A stretch of 64,000 nt of DNA, taken from assembly GCA_047601445.1 (NCBI GenBank), contig JASGJH010000001.1, forward strand, positions 3,040,001-3,104,000. Direction: 5' to 3'. The notes under the pieces were generated by a model, which made no database searches, was not told the origin of the DNA, and worked only from the letters and a program-made list of their open reading frames with translations. The position numbers and the translations under genes are program-made. Positions within the stretch are counted from its first letter, which is position 1, and each line of letters begins with the position of its first letter. Source of the DNA: Myxococcales bacterium (GTDB lineage Bacteria; Myxococcota_A; Polyangia; Polyangiales; DASUME01). This document shows, piece after piece, positions 40,524 to 49,093 of the stretch.

Positions 40524-42695
40524 ATGGAATCGACCACCAAAGTCACCTTCTGTCGGATCTGCGAGGCGAGCTGCGGGCTCTTGGCTCAGGTCGAAGGGCA
40601 ACGCGTGCTCAAGCTCGCGCCCGATCCCGAGCACGTGGTGAGCCGTGGCTTCGTCTGCGTGAAGGGGGTCCGCTACACGGAGATCCACCACTCGCCCGAT
40701 CGCCTGAGCACGCCGCTCAAGCGCGTGGGCGGCCGCTACCAGGAGATTAGCTGGGAGCAGGCGTTCGAGGAGATCGGCGCCAAGGTCCGCTCGCTGCGCG
40801 CCCAACACGGCAACGACAGCGTCGGCATGTACGTGGGCAATCCGGCGCCCTTCAGTCCACCGCACATGGTGTTCGCCGGCGCCTTCAACACCGGGCTCAA
40901 GACGCGCCACCTGTACACGTCCGGCTCCCAGGACTGCAATAACAAGTTCGTGGTGGCGCAGGCCATGTTCGGCTCTCCGTTGCTGCAGGCCATCCCGGAC
41001 ATCGACCATGCACACTGCGTGATCATGGTGGGCACCAACCCGGCCATCTCGCAGCTGAGCATGGCCAACGCGCCGCGCGTGATCGAGCGCCTCAAGGGCG
41101 TGACCAAGCGCGAGGCAGGACGCGTGGTGTTCGTGAACCCGCGCCACACCGAGTCGTCGCAACAACTGGGGGAGCACTGGCCGATTCGTCCGGGCGCCGA
41201 CGTGTTCTTCTTTCTGGCCTTTCTGCACGTGCTCCTGGCCGAGCACCGGCCATCGAGCGCGCAGCGGGCCTTGGTTTCAGGCGTCGAGGAGCTCGAGAGG
41301 TTGGTCGCAGCATGGTCCCCCGAGCGGGTGGAGCCACTGACCGGCATCGGCGCGGCACCGCTGCGCGCCCTGGTGCGAGACTACGTGGGCGCCGAGAGCG
41401 CGGTGCTCTACGCGGGCACCGGCGTGAATCAGGGGCCGCACGGGACGCTCTCGTTCTGGTTGCTTACGTGCATTCAGATCTTGAGCGGACACTTCGACCA
41501 GCTGGGCAGCATGCTGATGACACGGCAGCAGCAGCGCACCGCGCGCCTGGGCTATCCCACTGGTGACGCCATTCCAGTGAAGCACTCGCGCTTCGGTGCG
41601 CACGCCTCGGTGATCGACAGCCTGCCGGCGGGAGTGATGGCCGATGAGATCCTCACGGCGGGTCCCGGCCAGCTACGCGCCATGTTCGTCACCGCAGGTA
41701 ATCCGCTGCTGAGCTGTCCGAACGAAGCGCGCATGCGAGAGGCTCTCGGCTCGCTCGAGCTCCTCGTCTGCATCGATCTGTTCCGCAACGAGACCGGCAA
41801 CCTGGCCCACTATCTGCTGCCGGCGACGTCCTTCCTCGAGCGCTCGGACATGCCCATGGGGATCTCGGGCTATCAGCCCGTGCCCTATGCCCAGGTGGTG
41901 GAGCCCGTGGTGGAGCCACTCGGTCAGGCCAAGGACGAGTGGTGGATCTTCGCGCAGCTGGGGCGCGTCTGTCGGGCCCCGTTCAACGGCGCGCCGCTGC
42001 TGCAATGGTGGCTGGATCGATCCGTCCAGGCCGACAGCTGGCTGCCGCGCCTCATGCGCTTCGCGCCGAGCCTCTTGTTCCTGGCCATTCTGCTGCTCGA
42101 ACGGCTGACTCCCAAGAGGCTGCGCAAGCACCCCCACGGCCTGCTGCTCAAGCCGCACCAACCGACCCAGTTCTTGCGCAAGGGGGTACTGAACGCAGAG
42201 AAGCGCGCGCGGCTCGCCCCGCCGGCGTTCTTGGCTGCCGCTCGTGAGCTCGACGCGCACTTCGACAAGCAGCTCGCCGAACGTGACAAGTTGCTGCTCA
42301 TCACCAAGCGCGAGAAGCGCAGCCACAACTCCTGGATGCACAACTCTCCCTCGTTGGGCGGGGACACGAAGCGCGGGGCCAATCATCTCAGCATGCACCC
42401 GGAGGACGCAGCGCGGCGGGGCATCACGGACGGCGATCTGTGCGAGTTGCGCGCGGCGGGAGCGGCGCTGCGCGTGGTGGTCCGCACCAGCGAGGACATG
42501 TTGCCCAACAGCGTGGCGCTTCCCCATGGCTGGGGGCACGCCCAGGCCGACGGCTTGCAGGTCGCGCGCCAGATCCCGGGCGTGAATCCGAACCTACTGG
42601 CCGCCGACGGAGCACCTGCGCTCGAGCCGTTGTCGGGGATGTCGCGCCTGACCGCCTTCGAGGTCGAGCTGCACAAGCTCTCCGACGCTGAATGA
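40524..42695 (+). CDS. Molybdopterin (bis-MGD) oxidoreductase with N-terminal 4Fe-4S site
   Basis: CRICEASCG...GFVCVKG, HSPDRL..PLKR, ISWEQA, GTNP, DLFRNET, LPATSFLER, MHPEDA..RGI.DGD, PHGWG; no Tat signal. Confidence 0.93.
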   Translation: MESTTKVTFCRICEASCGLLAQVEGQRVLKLAPDPEHVVSRGFVCVKGVRYTEIHHSPDRLSTPLKRVGGRYQEISWEQAFEEIGAKVRSLRAQHGNDSVGMYVGNPAPFSPPHMVFAGAFNTGLKTRHLYTSGSQDCNNKFVVAQAMFGSPLLQAIPDIDHAHCVIMVGTNPAISQLSMANAPRVIERLKGVTKREAGRVVFVNPRHTESSQQLGEHWPIRPGADVFFFLAFLHVLLAEHRPSSAQRALVSGVEELERLVAAWSPERVEPLTGIGAAPLRALVRDYVGAESAVLYAGTGVNQGPHGTLSFWLLTCIQILSGHFDQLGSMLMTRQQQRTARLGYPTGDAIPVKHSRFGAHASVIDSLPAGVMADEILTAGPGQLRAMFVTAGNPLLSCPNEARMREALGSLELLVCIDLFRNETGNLAHYLLPATSFLERSDMPMGISGYQPVPYAQVVEPVVEPLGQAKDEWWIFAQLGRVCRAPFNGAPLLQWWLDRSVQADSWLPRLMRFAPSLLFLAILLLERLTPKRLRKHPHGLLLKPHQPTQFLRKGVLNAEKRARLAPPAFLAAARELDAHFDKQLAERDKLLLITKREKRSHNSWMHNSPSLGGDTKRGANHLSMHPEDAARRGITDGDLCELRAAGAALRVVVRTSEDMLPNSVALPHGWGHAQADGLQVARQIPGVNPNLLAADGAPALEPLSGMSRLTAFEVELHKLSDAE

Positions 42696-42700
42696 GCTGG

Positions 42701-43297
42701 CTATTCCGGGACCCAGGCGGAGATCCGACCCGGTGGGCTGAGGTCGCCGTCGGTGACGGCCTTCAGCGGCAAGTCGCGGATCATGCTGGACTTGAGCCCT
42801 CCGCTAGGCCGTGAGGGAAAGTCGGCGCCGTGTAGGCGCAGCTCATAGACCACACACGAGACGCTGTCGCCGGTGAAGAAGTCCGTGCAAGCGTTCTCGT
42901 AGTAGGAATGCTCGAAGATGGGACTCACGTAATCCACCTGGGCGTGACCAGGCAGGGCGCGGGCCGGATAGACGACCACGTAATAGTCGCCCGAAGGTAA
43001 GGTGAGCCCTGCATTGAAGATCCCGGTGCCCTGGCTATCGCTCCCACTGGCAGCATGGGGATCCGACGCGAAGACCTGATAGCCGCTCCAGCTGCTGCTC
43101 GAGAAGAAGTAGTGCCGCAAGTACCCCGGAGATTCCTCGATGGGTTTGCCCGAGGCGTCCACGGGGACGAACGCAATCATGGTGTTCTCACCGGTATCGA
43201 GCGGGTTCCCCTGTGAGTCCGCGACGTATCCGCTCGTGCAACCGACTCCCAAAACGACGAACGCGATCCAAGCGACAGCCCGAATCAAGCTGGACAT
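42701..43297 (-). CDS. Hypothetical lipoprotein
   Basis: MSSLIRAVAWIAFVVLGVGC lipobox; no family recognised. Confidence 0.65.
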   Translation of the reverse strand: MSSLIRAVAWIAFVVLGVGCTSGYVADSQGNPLDTGENTMIAFVPVDASGKPIEESPGYLRHYFFSSSSWSGYQVFASDPHAASGSDSQGTGIFNAGLTLPSGDYYVVVYPARALPGHAQVDYVSPIFEHSYYENACTDFFTGDSVSCVVYELRLHGADFPSRPSGGLKSSMIRDLPLKAVTDGDLSPPGRISAWVPE

Positions 43298-43549
43298 GGT
43301 GCAGCACCCCTGGCTGAGGCACGTGACGAGGCGACGGCATCGAACTCGACGCGCCTCTCGCGCGGTTCGACGCCACCTGATGTAAGCGCGCCCGCAGCGA
43401 ACGGATTGCTGCTCACGCGTTTTTTTGCGCCCCGCGCCGATTCTCTCGGGCACCGACGGTGTGCACGCAGGCTTGCCCCACGCGTGTCGTTTGTGGGTGC
43501 GGATGGCCGTAGGCAGAGAGTGCGAAATGCTGACGTGGGCCCGCGCGGG

Positions 43550-44737
43550 TCAGATCACGTTGGCCGCGCGCAGCGCCGCTCGCTCCGCCTCCGAGATACC
43601 CAGCAGTTCGCCGTAGACCTCGTCGTTGTGCGCCCCCAGCGGCGGCCCGATCCATTCGGTGGCGCCCGGCGTGGCGCTCAGCTTGGGCACCACCGCCGGG
43701 ATCTTGAGCGGGCGACCATCGGGCAGCGTGACCTGCTCGAACATGTTGCGCGCCAGGTACTGAGGGTCCTGCGTGATATCGGCGATGCTGAGGATGGGCC
43801 CCGCCGGCACCTCCGCCACCTCCAGCACTCCGAACACATGCGCGTAGTCGTGCTGGCTGGTGAACGCTTCGATGGCAGCATCGATCTCCGCCTCGTGCGT
43901 GACGCGCCCCGGGTTGTGTGCGAGCCGTGGATCGCTGGCGAGATCGGCGCGCCCGATGGCCTGCATCAGACGCTGGAAGATGCTGTCACCGTTGCCGCCG
44001 ATGATCACGTACTTGCCGTCGCGGCAGCGATAGGTGCTACTCGGTACGATGCCCGCGAGCTTGGGCCCCGAGCGCTCGCGGACCTTGCCGTAGAAGTCGT
44101 ACTCCGGCAGCAGGCTCTCCAGCATGTTGAACACACTCTCGTAGATCGCCGTGTCCACCATCTGGCCGAGACCCGTGCGCTCGCGGTATTGCAGCGCCGT
44201 GAGGGCGCCGATCACCGCGTGCAACGCCGCGATGGAGTCCCCGATGCTGACCCCGGTGCGGACGGGCGGACGGTCTGGCTCCCCGATCAGATAGCGAAGG
44301 CCGCCGATACCCTCCGCGACGCTCGCGAACCCCGGACGCTCAGCGTAGGGCCCCGTCTGTCCCCAGCCCGACACGCGCACCATGATCAGGCTCGGTTGAA
44401 GCCGGGCGAGCTCCTCGTAGCCGAGCCCCCACTCCTCCATGCGTCCAGGCCGAAAGTTCTCGATCACGATGTCGCACTTGCGGATGAGGTCGCGCAGCAG
44501 ATCCTTGGCCTGAGGCTTGCGCAGGTCGAGCGTGACCGACTTCTTGTTGCGCGCGATGCCGTACCACCAGAGCGACGTGCCCTCGTGGAGCATGCGCCAG
44601 CTGCGCATGGGATCGCCCGTCACCGGCGGTTCGACCTTGATCACCTCGGCCCCGAAGCTCGCCAGCATGGAGCCAGCGAAGGGACCGGCGATGAGCTGCC
44701 CGAGTTCGAGCACGCGCACACCCTCGAGTGCTTTCAT
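43550..44737 (-). CDS. CaiB/BaiF family (class III) CoA transferase
   Basis: LEGVRVLELG..IAGP, GAEVIKVEPP..GD, RNKKSVTLDL, ENFRPG, SGWGQTGPY, catalytic SIGD. Confidence 0.95.
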   Translation of the reverse strand: MKALEGVRVLELGQLIAGPFAGSMLASFGAEVIKVEPPVTGDPMRSWRMLHEGTSLWWYGIARNKKSVTLDLRKPQAKDLLRDLIRKCDIVIENFRPGRMEEWGLGYEELARLQPSLIMVRVSGWGQTGPYAERPGFASVAEGIGGLRYLIGEPDRPPVRTGVSIGDSIAALHAVIGALTALQYRERTGLGQMVDTAIYESVFNMLESLLPEYDFYGKVRERSGPKLAGIVPSSTYRCRDGKYVIIGGNGDSIFQRLMQAIGRADLASDPRLAHNPGRVTHEAEIDAAIEAFTSQHDYAHVFGVLEVAEVPAGPILSIADITQDPQYLARNMFEQVTLPDGRPLKIPAVVPKLSATPGATEWIGPPLGAHNDEVYGELLGISEAERAALRAANVI

Positions 44738-44789
44738 AGCCCTTTCCTAGCGCGCGAGACGGCGTTATACGAGGGAAAGCGAGGCAAAC

Positions 44790-45911
44790 TTGGCGCATGG
44801 TTCTCGGAGCAAGCGCTCTCAAATCTCGGAAAAACGTCGACATCGACCGGGCACTGCGCCCGGTACCCTGGTGGCTCCCCCGGGCGCGCCAAAGCCCGTC
44901 GTTCGTGTGCTTTCCTACGGCAGCGACGACTGCCACGAGCAAGAGGTGAAGAGCGTCGAGCAACTCGCAGCCATGCGCACGGAAGGTCGCGGCCTGTGGG
45001 TGGATGTGCAGGGCGTGGGCGACGCCGAGATGATCGGCCAGATCGGGGACTTGTTCGGCTTCCACATGCTGTCCCTGGAGGACGTGCTCAACCTGCACCA
45101 GCGACCCAAGGTGGAGGCCTTCGACCACTACATCTACTGCGTGCTGCGCATGCCCGAGTTCGGCGTGCCGCTGCGGCTCGAGCAGATGAGCGTGTTCTTC
45201 GGCAAGGACTTCGTGGTCACCTTTCAGGAAGACCCGGGAGACCCGCTCGACCCGGTGCGCGAGCGCCTGCGCCACAACCGCGGGAAGATCCGCGGCTACG
45301 GCCCGGATTACCTGGCCTACGCCATCATCGACGCCATCGTCGACCACTATTTTCCAGTGCTCGAGTCCTTCGCCGATCGCATCGACGAGCTCGAAGAAGA
45401 CGTGCTGAGTGCGAGCACTCCGAACGTGCTCAGCATGCTGCAGGACATCCGCCGCGATCTCCTGCTGCTGCGCCGCGCAGTGTGGCCGCTGCGCGAGATG
45501 ATCGGCACCTTGGCGCGCGACGAGTGCGAGGTGCTGGTGTCCGACAAGATCCGCCCCTACCTGCGCGACTGTCAGGACCACGCGGCGCAGCTCACCGACG
45601 TGCTCGAGAACTGCCGCGAGCTCTCCACAGCGCTGATGGATGCCTATATCTCCAGCGTCGCGCTGCGCACCAACGAGGTCATGCGGGTACTCACCATCAT
45701 GTCCACCATCTTCATCCCGCTGACTTTCATCGCCGGCATCTACGGGATGAATTTCGATCCGAGCACGTCTCCGCTCAACATGCCGGAGCTGCAGTGGTAC
45801 CTCGGCTACCCGTTCGCGCTCGCCACCATGGCCATAACCGCAGTGGTCCTGGTGTTCTTCTTCCGGCGCAAGGGCTGGCTCGGCACCACCAAACCCCTCA
45901 CGCGGCGCTGA
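44790..45911 (+). CDS. corA: Magnesium/cobalt transporter CorA
   Basis: HQRPKVE, NEVMRVLTI, PLTFIAGIYGMNF (GMN signature), MPEL.W. Confidence 0.96.
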   Translation: MAHGSRSKRSQISEKRRHRPGTAPGTLVAPPGAPKPVVRVLSYGSDDCHEQEVKSVEQLAAMRTEGRGLWVDVQGVGDAEMIGQIGDLFGFHMLSLEDVLNLHQRPKVEAFDHYIYCVLRMPEFGVPLRLEQMSVFFGKDFVVTFQEDPGDPLDPVRERLRHNRGKIRGYGPDYLAYAIIDAIVDHYFPVLESFADRIDELEEDVLSASTPNVLSMLQDIRRDLLLLRRAVWPLREMIGTLARDECEVLVSDKIRPYLRDCQDHAAQLTDVLENCRELSTALMDAYISSVALRTNEVMRVLTIMSTIFIPLTFIAGIYGMNFDPSTSPLNMPELQWYLGYPFALATMAITAVVLVFFFRRKGWLGTTKPLTRR

Positions 45912-46043
45912 ATCGTTCGCCTCTCCTGGTCTGGGATGTGCGCCCGCGTGCCGGCGCAAACGCCCGCGACTTGTCGGCGAAACGGGCTCACTCTGAGGAT
46001 TGGGGGCGCCCGAAGTCCGGCGAGCCTCGCAGGAGGTCCACCA

Positions 46044-46670
46044 ATGAATGCGCTGAGGAGCTCGAGCTACATCTTCGCTCTTCTGATCACGGCTGGCGGG
46101 GCTGCCATCGGCTGCGGTAGCGACAACAACGACAACAACAACCCAGCCAACGGCGATGGTGACGCCGGCGGAGGCGACGGCGATGGCGCGGTACCGCCCA
46201 GCTACGAGCTCACGGGAACGGTGGCGCCGGTGCCAGGGACCGCGCCTGCCAACCAGTGCCAGGAGGGCGTGGACCATCGCGCCAGCGGCATGTGCTACGG
46301 CTTTTTCTGCGGCACCAACAGCAACTCCATCAAGGCGGGCCTGACGCCCGGCGCGGTGTGCGGCAGCGATCCCGAGGTGTGGATCGCCTGTGACGGTGAG
46401 GCCACCCGCACCGTGGCCACCTGCGCCCGAGAGAACGCCACCATGCCCGACTTCAACGCTTCGACCAAGGCCTGCGCCCGTCGCAACACCAAGCTCGACG
46501 TCGTCGATGACGCCTGCCTGGATTGCTACATCGCCTCGGCCCTGTGCGCGCGCGACAAGTGTCTCGTCGAGTGTCTCTCGGGCGACAGCGTGGAGTGCGA
46601 TACCTGCCGCGAAGATCAGGGCTGCACCCCCGGCTATTACACCTGCGGCGGCTTGCCGGATCCGCAGTAG
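46044..46670 (+). CDS. Cys-rich lipoprotein with Asp/Asn/Gly linker
   Basis: AGGAGG RBS; lipobox AIGC; DNNDNNN/GDGD linker; 16 further Cys. Confidence 0.85.
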   Translation: MNALRSSSYIFALLITAGGAAIGCGSDNNDNNNPANGDGDAGGGDGDGAVPPSYELTGTVAPVPGTAPANQCQEGVDHRASGMCYGFFCGTNSNSIKAGLTPGAVCGSDPEVWIACDGEATRTVATCARENATMPDFNASTKACARRNTKLDVVDDACLDCYIASALCARDKCLVECLSGDSVECDTCREDQGCTPGYYTCGGLPDPQ

Positions 46671-46785
46671 TCGCTCGGGCGCCCCGCGCCGCGGTCCAGG
46701 GCAGCGCAGAGGGTACCGTTCACATGACGACGCCGCCGGCCCCAGGGCTCGACGGCGTCGTTCAGTCGACCTGCTTGGCGCGCGC

Positions 46786-48360
46786 CTAGAACTTGACGTT
46801 GCCCTGCAGCGAGACGATGTCCTGTCGCGCGCGGAACGTCCCTTCGTTGACTGGCTGGGCCGGTACGTCGTTCGGCGGCTGCGCCGGGATGGCGGCGATC
46901 TCGGGGACCTTGCCACCGGCCACGGGCGCATTCACCTTGCCGTAGAACAGGTGGGCGTAGGCGAGCGTGAGCTTCACCATGCTGCCGACCATCACCGACG
47001 CGCCGAGGTGCAAGCCCACCTTCTGTTGGACGAAGTAGTCGAGGTTCATGTACGGCGAGCGCACGGCGCTCGACTCGTAGGAGAAGCCGGCGCGCAGCGA
47101 GAGCAGCGCCGGGATCACGTTGTAGTCACCGCCGACCCGGAAGCCGTAGACGTTGCGCCAGTTGTGGGGAATGTTGGCGTTGGCGGGCAAGGCCACCGCG
47201 GCTCCCGTAGGGTCCGAGGAGAAGTTGATCTTCGCCAGGTCGTTCGGGTTGCCCGCGTCGTAGAGCGTTAGCCGATAGTTGTTCACGTTGGCGGTGTTGA
47301 CGAAGTACGCGTCGAGCTCGACGTCGCCGACCTCGTCGCGCATCGGGTCGAACTTGGTGCCGTGGGTATGGCCGCGACGAACGATGCCATAGCGCCCACC
47401 GAGATAGACCTCCACGCGCTGGTACGGGACCTTGAGCGTGATGTCGTTCACGCGGCAATGGGGCCCGGGCATGGTGCTCTTGCAATCGCCTCGGGGCGCC
47501 CCCTGAATGCCGTTGGCCTGGGCGTCGAGGTGGCCGCTGGCGTTGATGTCCCCGTTGACGGTGACCTGGGCCATGATGTCCAGCGAGTCGATGGGCGAGC
47601 CGACGACGCTGAAGGTGGCGCGCGGTACGAACCAGTCCTTGACGTGAACCTGCGCCAACACTTCGGGATCGAGGAAGGTACTCCCTTGCACCGAGGACAC
47701 GTTCTTGAAGTTCACGTCGGCGAAGCCCGCGCCGAGGCTCACGCCCACGCGCAGCTCGGGCATGATCTGGTAGCCCACACCCGCCATCAAGAAGGCCGCC
47801 AACACGTTGCGTTCGAGCAAGAGCGCGCGGTTGGCCGACTCGGTGCCCGACGTCGTGATCGGGTATTGCTCGTTCGGCCGCGGATTCTGCGTGACGATGG
47901 TGTCGTCGCCGAACTTGAGCTTGGCCACGCCGGAGGGCGTGAAGAGACCGACGCCGAAGCCGAGCCCGTTATCGAAGGACATCGCGTAGCCGAGATTTCC
48001 GGTGGGAAAGACCTTGGTCTCGTTGCAGACCTTGTTGAAGGACTCGACGGCCTTGTACTCCTTGTCGGGATTCCGTGCGCGGTCGAAGCAAGCGTTCATG
48101 ATCGGCAGCCGCAGCTCGCCGCCCACGTCGCGCTTGTCGATCACGGCGAGGTTCGCGGGGTTCTGCCAGGTGGCCATGAAATCGCGCACGTTCACGTAGT
48201 TGGCGGCGCGTCCCAGCGCGATGCTGCCCGCAGGCGCGTCTTCCACACCGGCAGCCTGCGCTCGCGCGGCAAGCCCCAGCACGGCTGCAGACAACAGCGC
48301 GCCCCTCGCCCTGCGAGCGAAGCCGTGCTTCGCGCGCAGCGCCTTACGATCCCTCGCCAT
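46786..48360 (-). CDS. FadL/OmpP1-like outer membrane hydrophobic-compound transporter
   Basis: Signal peptide ...AQA-AG, ALGRA, hatch motif WQNPANL, beta-strands, LRAGFSYE, C-terminal Phe. Confidence 0.8.
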   Translation of the reverse strand: MARDRKALRAKHGFARRARGALLSAAVLGLAARAQAAGVEDAPAGSIALGRAANYVNVRDFMATWQNPANLAVIDKRDVGGELRLPIMNACFDRARNPDKEYKAVESFNKVCNETKVFPTGNLGYAMSFDNGLGFGVGLFTPSGVAKLKFGDDTIVTQNPRPNEQYPITTSGTESANRALLLERNVLAAFLMAGVGYQIMPELRVGVSLGAGFADVNFKNVSSVQGSTFLDPEVLAQVHVKDWFVPRATFSVVGSPIDSLDIMAQVTVNGDINASGHLDAQANGIQGAPRGDCKSTMPGPHCRVNDITLKVPYQRVEVYLGGRYGIVRRGHTHGTKFDPMRDEVGDVELDAYFVNTANVNNYRLTLYDAGNPNDLAKINFSSDPTGAAVALPANANIPHNWRNVYGFRVGGDYNVIPALLSLRAGFSYESSAVRSPYMNLDYFVQQKVGLHLGASVMVGSMVKLTLAYAHLFYGKVNAPVAGGKVPEIAAIPAQPPNDVPAQPVNEGTFRARQDIVSLQGNVKF

Positions 48361-48510
48361 GCGTTCCCCCCGTCGCAGTGATCCAGGAGGTCAACTACCC
48401 GACGCTCCTGATTCAATCACCATGACGTCACCCAGCACAGGATGCTAGCGACTGCGCACGCAGGCGACGCACTTCGCGCGGACACGAACTCCCGACGGGG
48501 GACGCCGCGA

Positions 48511-48912
48511 TCAGGCGTTGTCTTCGCTCGAGGAAGGGTCGATCTCGTGTTCGAGATCGAGGATGAGCTGCGCGATCGACGGCGCCAACAGCGCCTCCTC
48601 GGCAACCGGGGAAATGCTGGCTTTCAGCCCGTCGCGCGCCAGCTGTGGCAACAACTGGTCGAGCAGATCGTCGAGCGGGATCTCGGCGGCTTCGTAACCC
48701 TGCCAGGGACCCTTGGCGCTGCGCTCCGCGCCCTCGCGCTCCGCCCAAAGTGGAAAGGTCGTTAGACCTTTCTCATCCCGTGAGAGAGCCCACCCATCGC
48801 GATACAAGCCCCACACGAGCTTGTTCTCCACTGCCAACTTCAGGAACTGCCGGTAGCGCACTTTGGGATCTCGCTTGGTTGCCACCTTGGGCTCCTGCGT
48901 GCCGACTCTCAT
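48511..48912 (-). CDS. DUF2750-like small protein
   Basis: RYRQFL...VWGL..DGW...PLWAEREGAE...W.GYEA.EIPLDDL pattern. Confidence 0.75.
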   Translation of the reverse strand: MRVGTQEPKVATKRDPKVRYRQFLKLAVENKLVWGLYRDGWALSRDEKGLTTFPLWAEREGAERSAKGPWQGYEAAEIPLDDLLDQLLPQLARDGLKASISPVAEEALLAPSIAQLILDLEHEIDPSSSEDNA

Positions 48913-49093
48913 GTCGCCCCCTGGGGTAGTGATTGCGCCAAGCCTACACAGATCTGGTCGGCTTGCACGCACGCACTCGCACTGGCTCCGCGCTTGGTAA
49001 CAGAGCGGAGACGCCCACGTTGCAGGAAGTGCCGGCTGGCCTCATATCCCCCAAGGCACGCTCGACTAGCGAGCGATGAGGTGAGAAGGGCCA

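Noticed and set aside
43406..46931. Very long alternative ORFs (43406..46120 +, 44340..46931 -) and similar ones such as 17840..19645, 13591..15333, 11030..12799
   Set aside because: Antisense or off-frame shadows of motif-supported genes; long stop-free frames are expected at this GC; Arg/Ala/Gly-rich with no recognisable motifs
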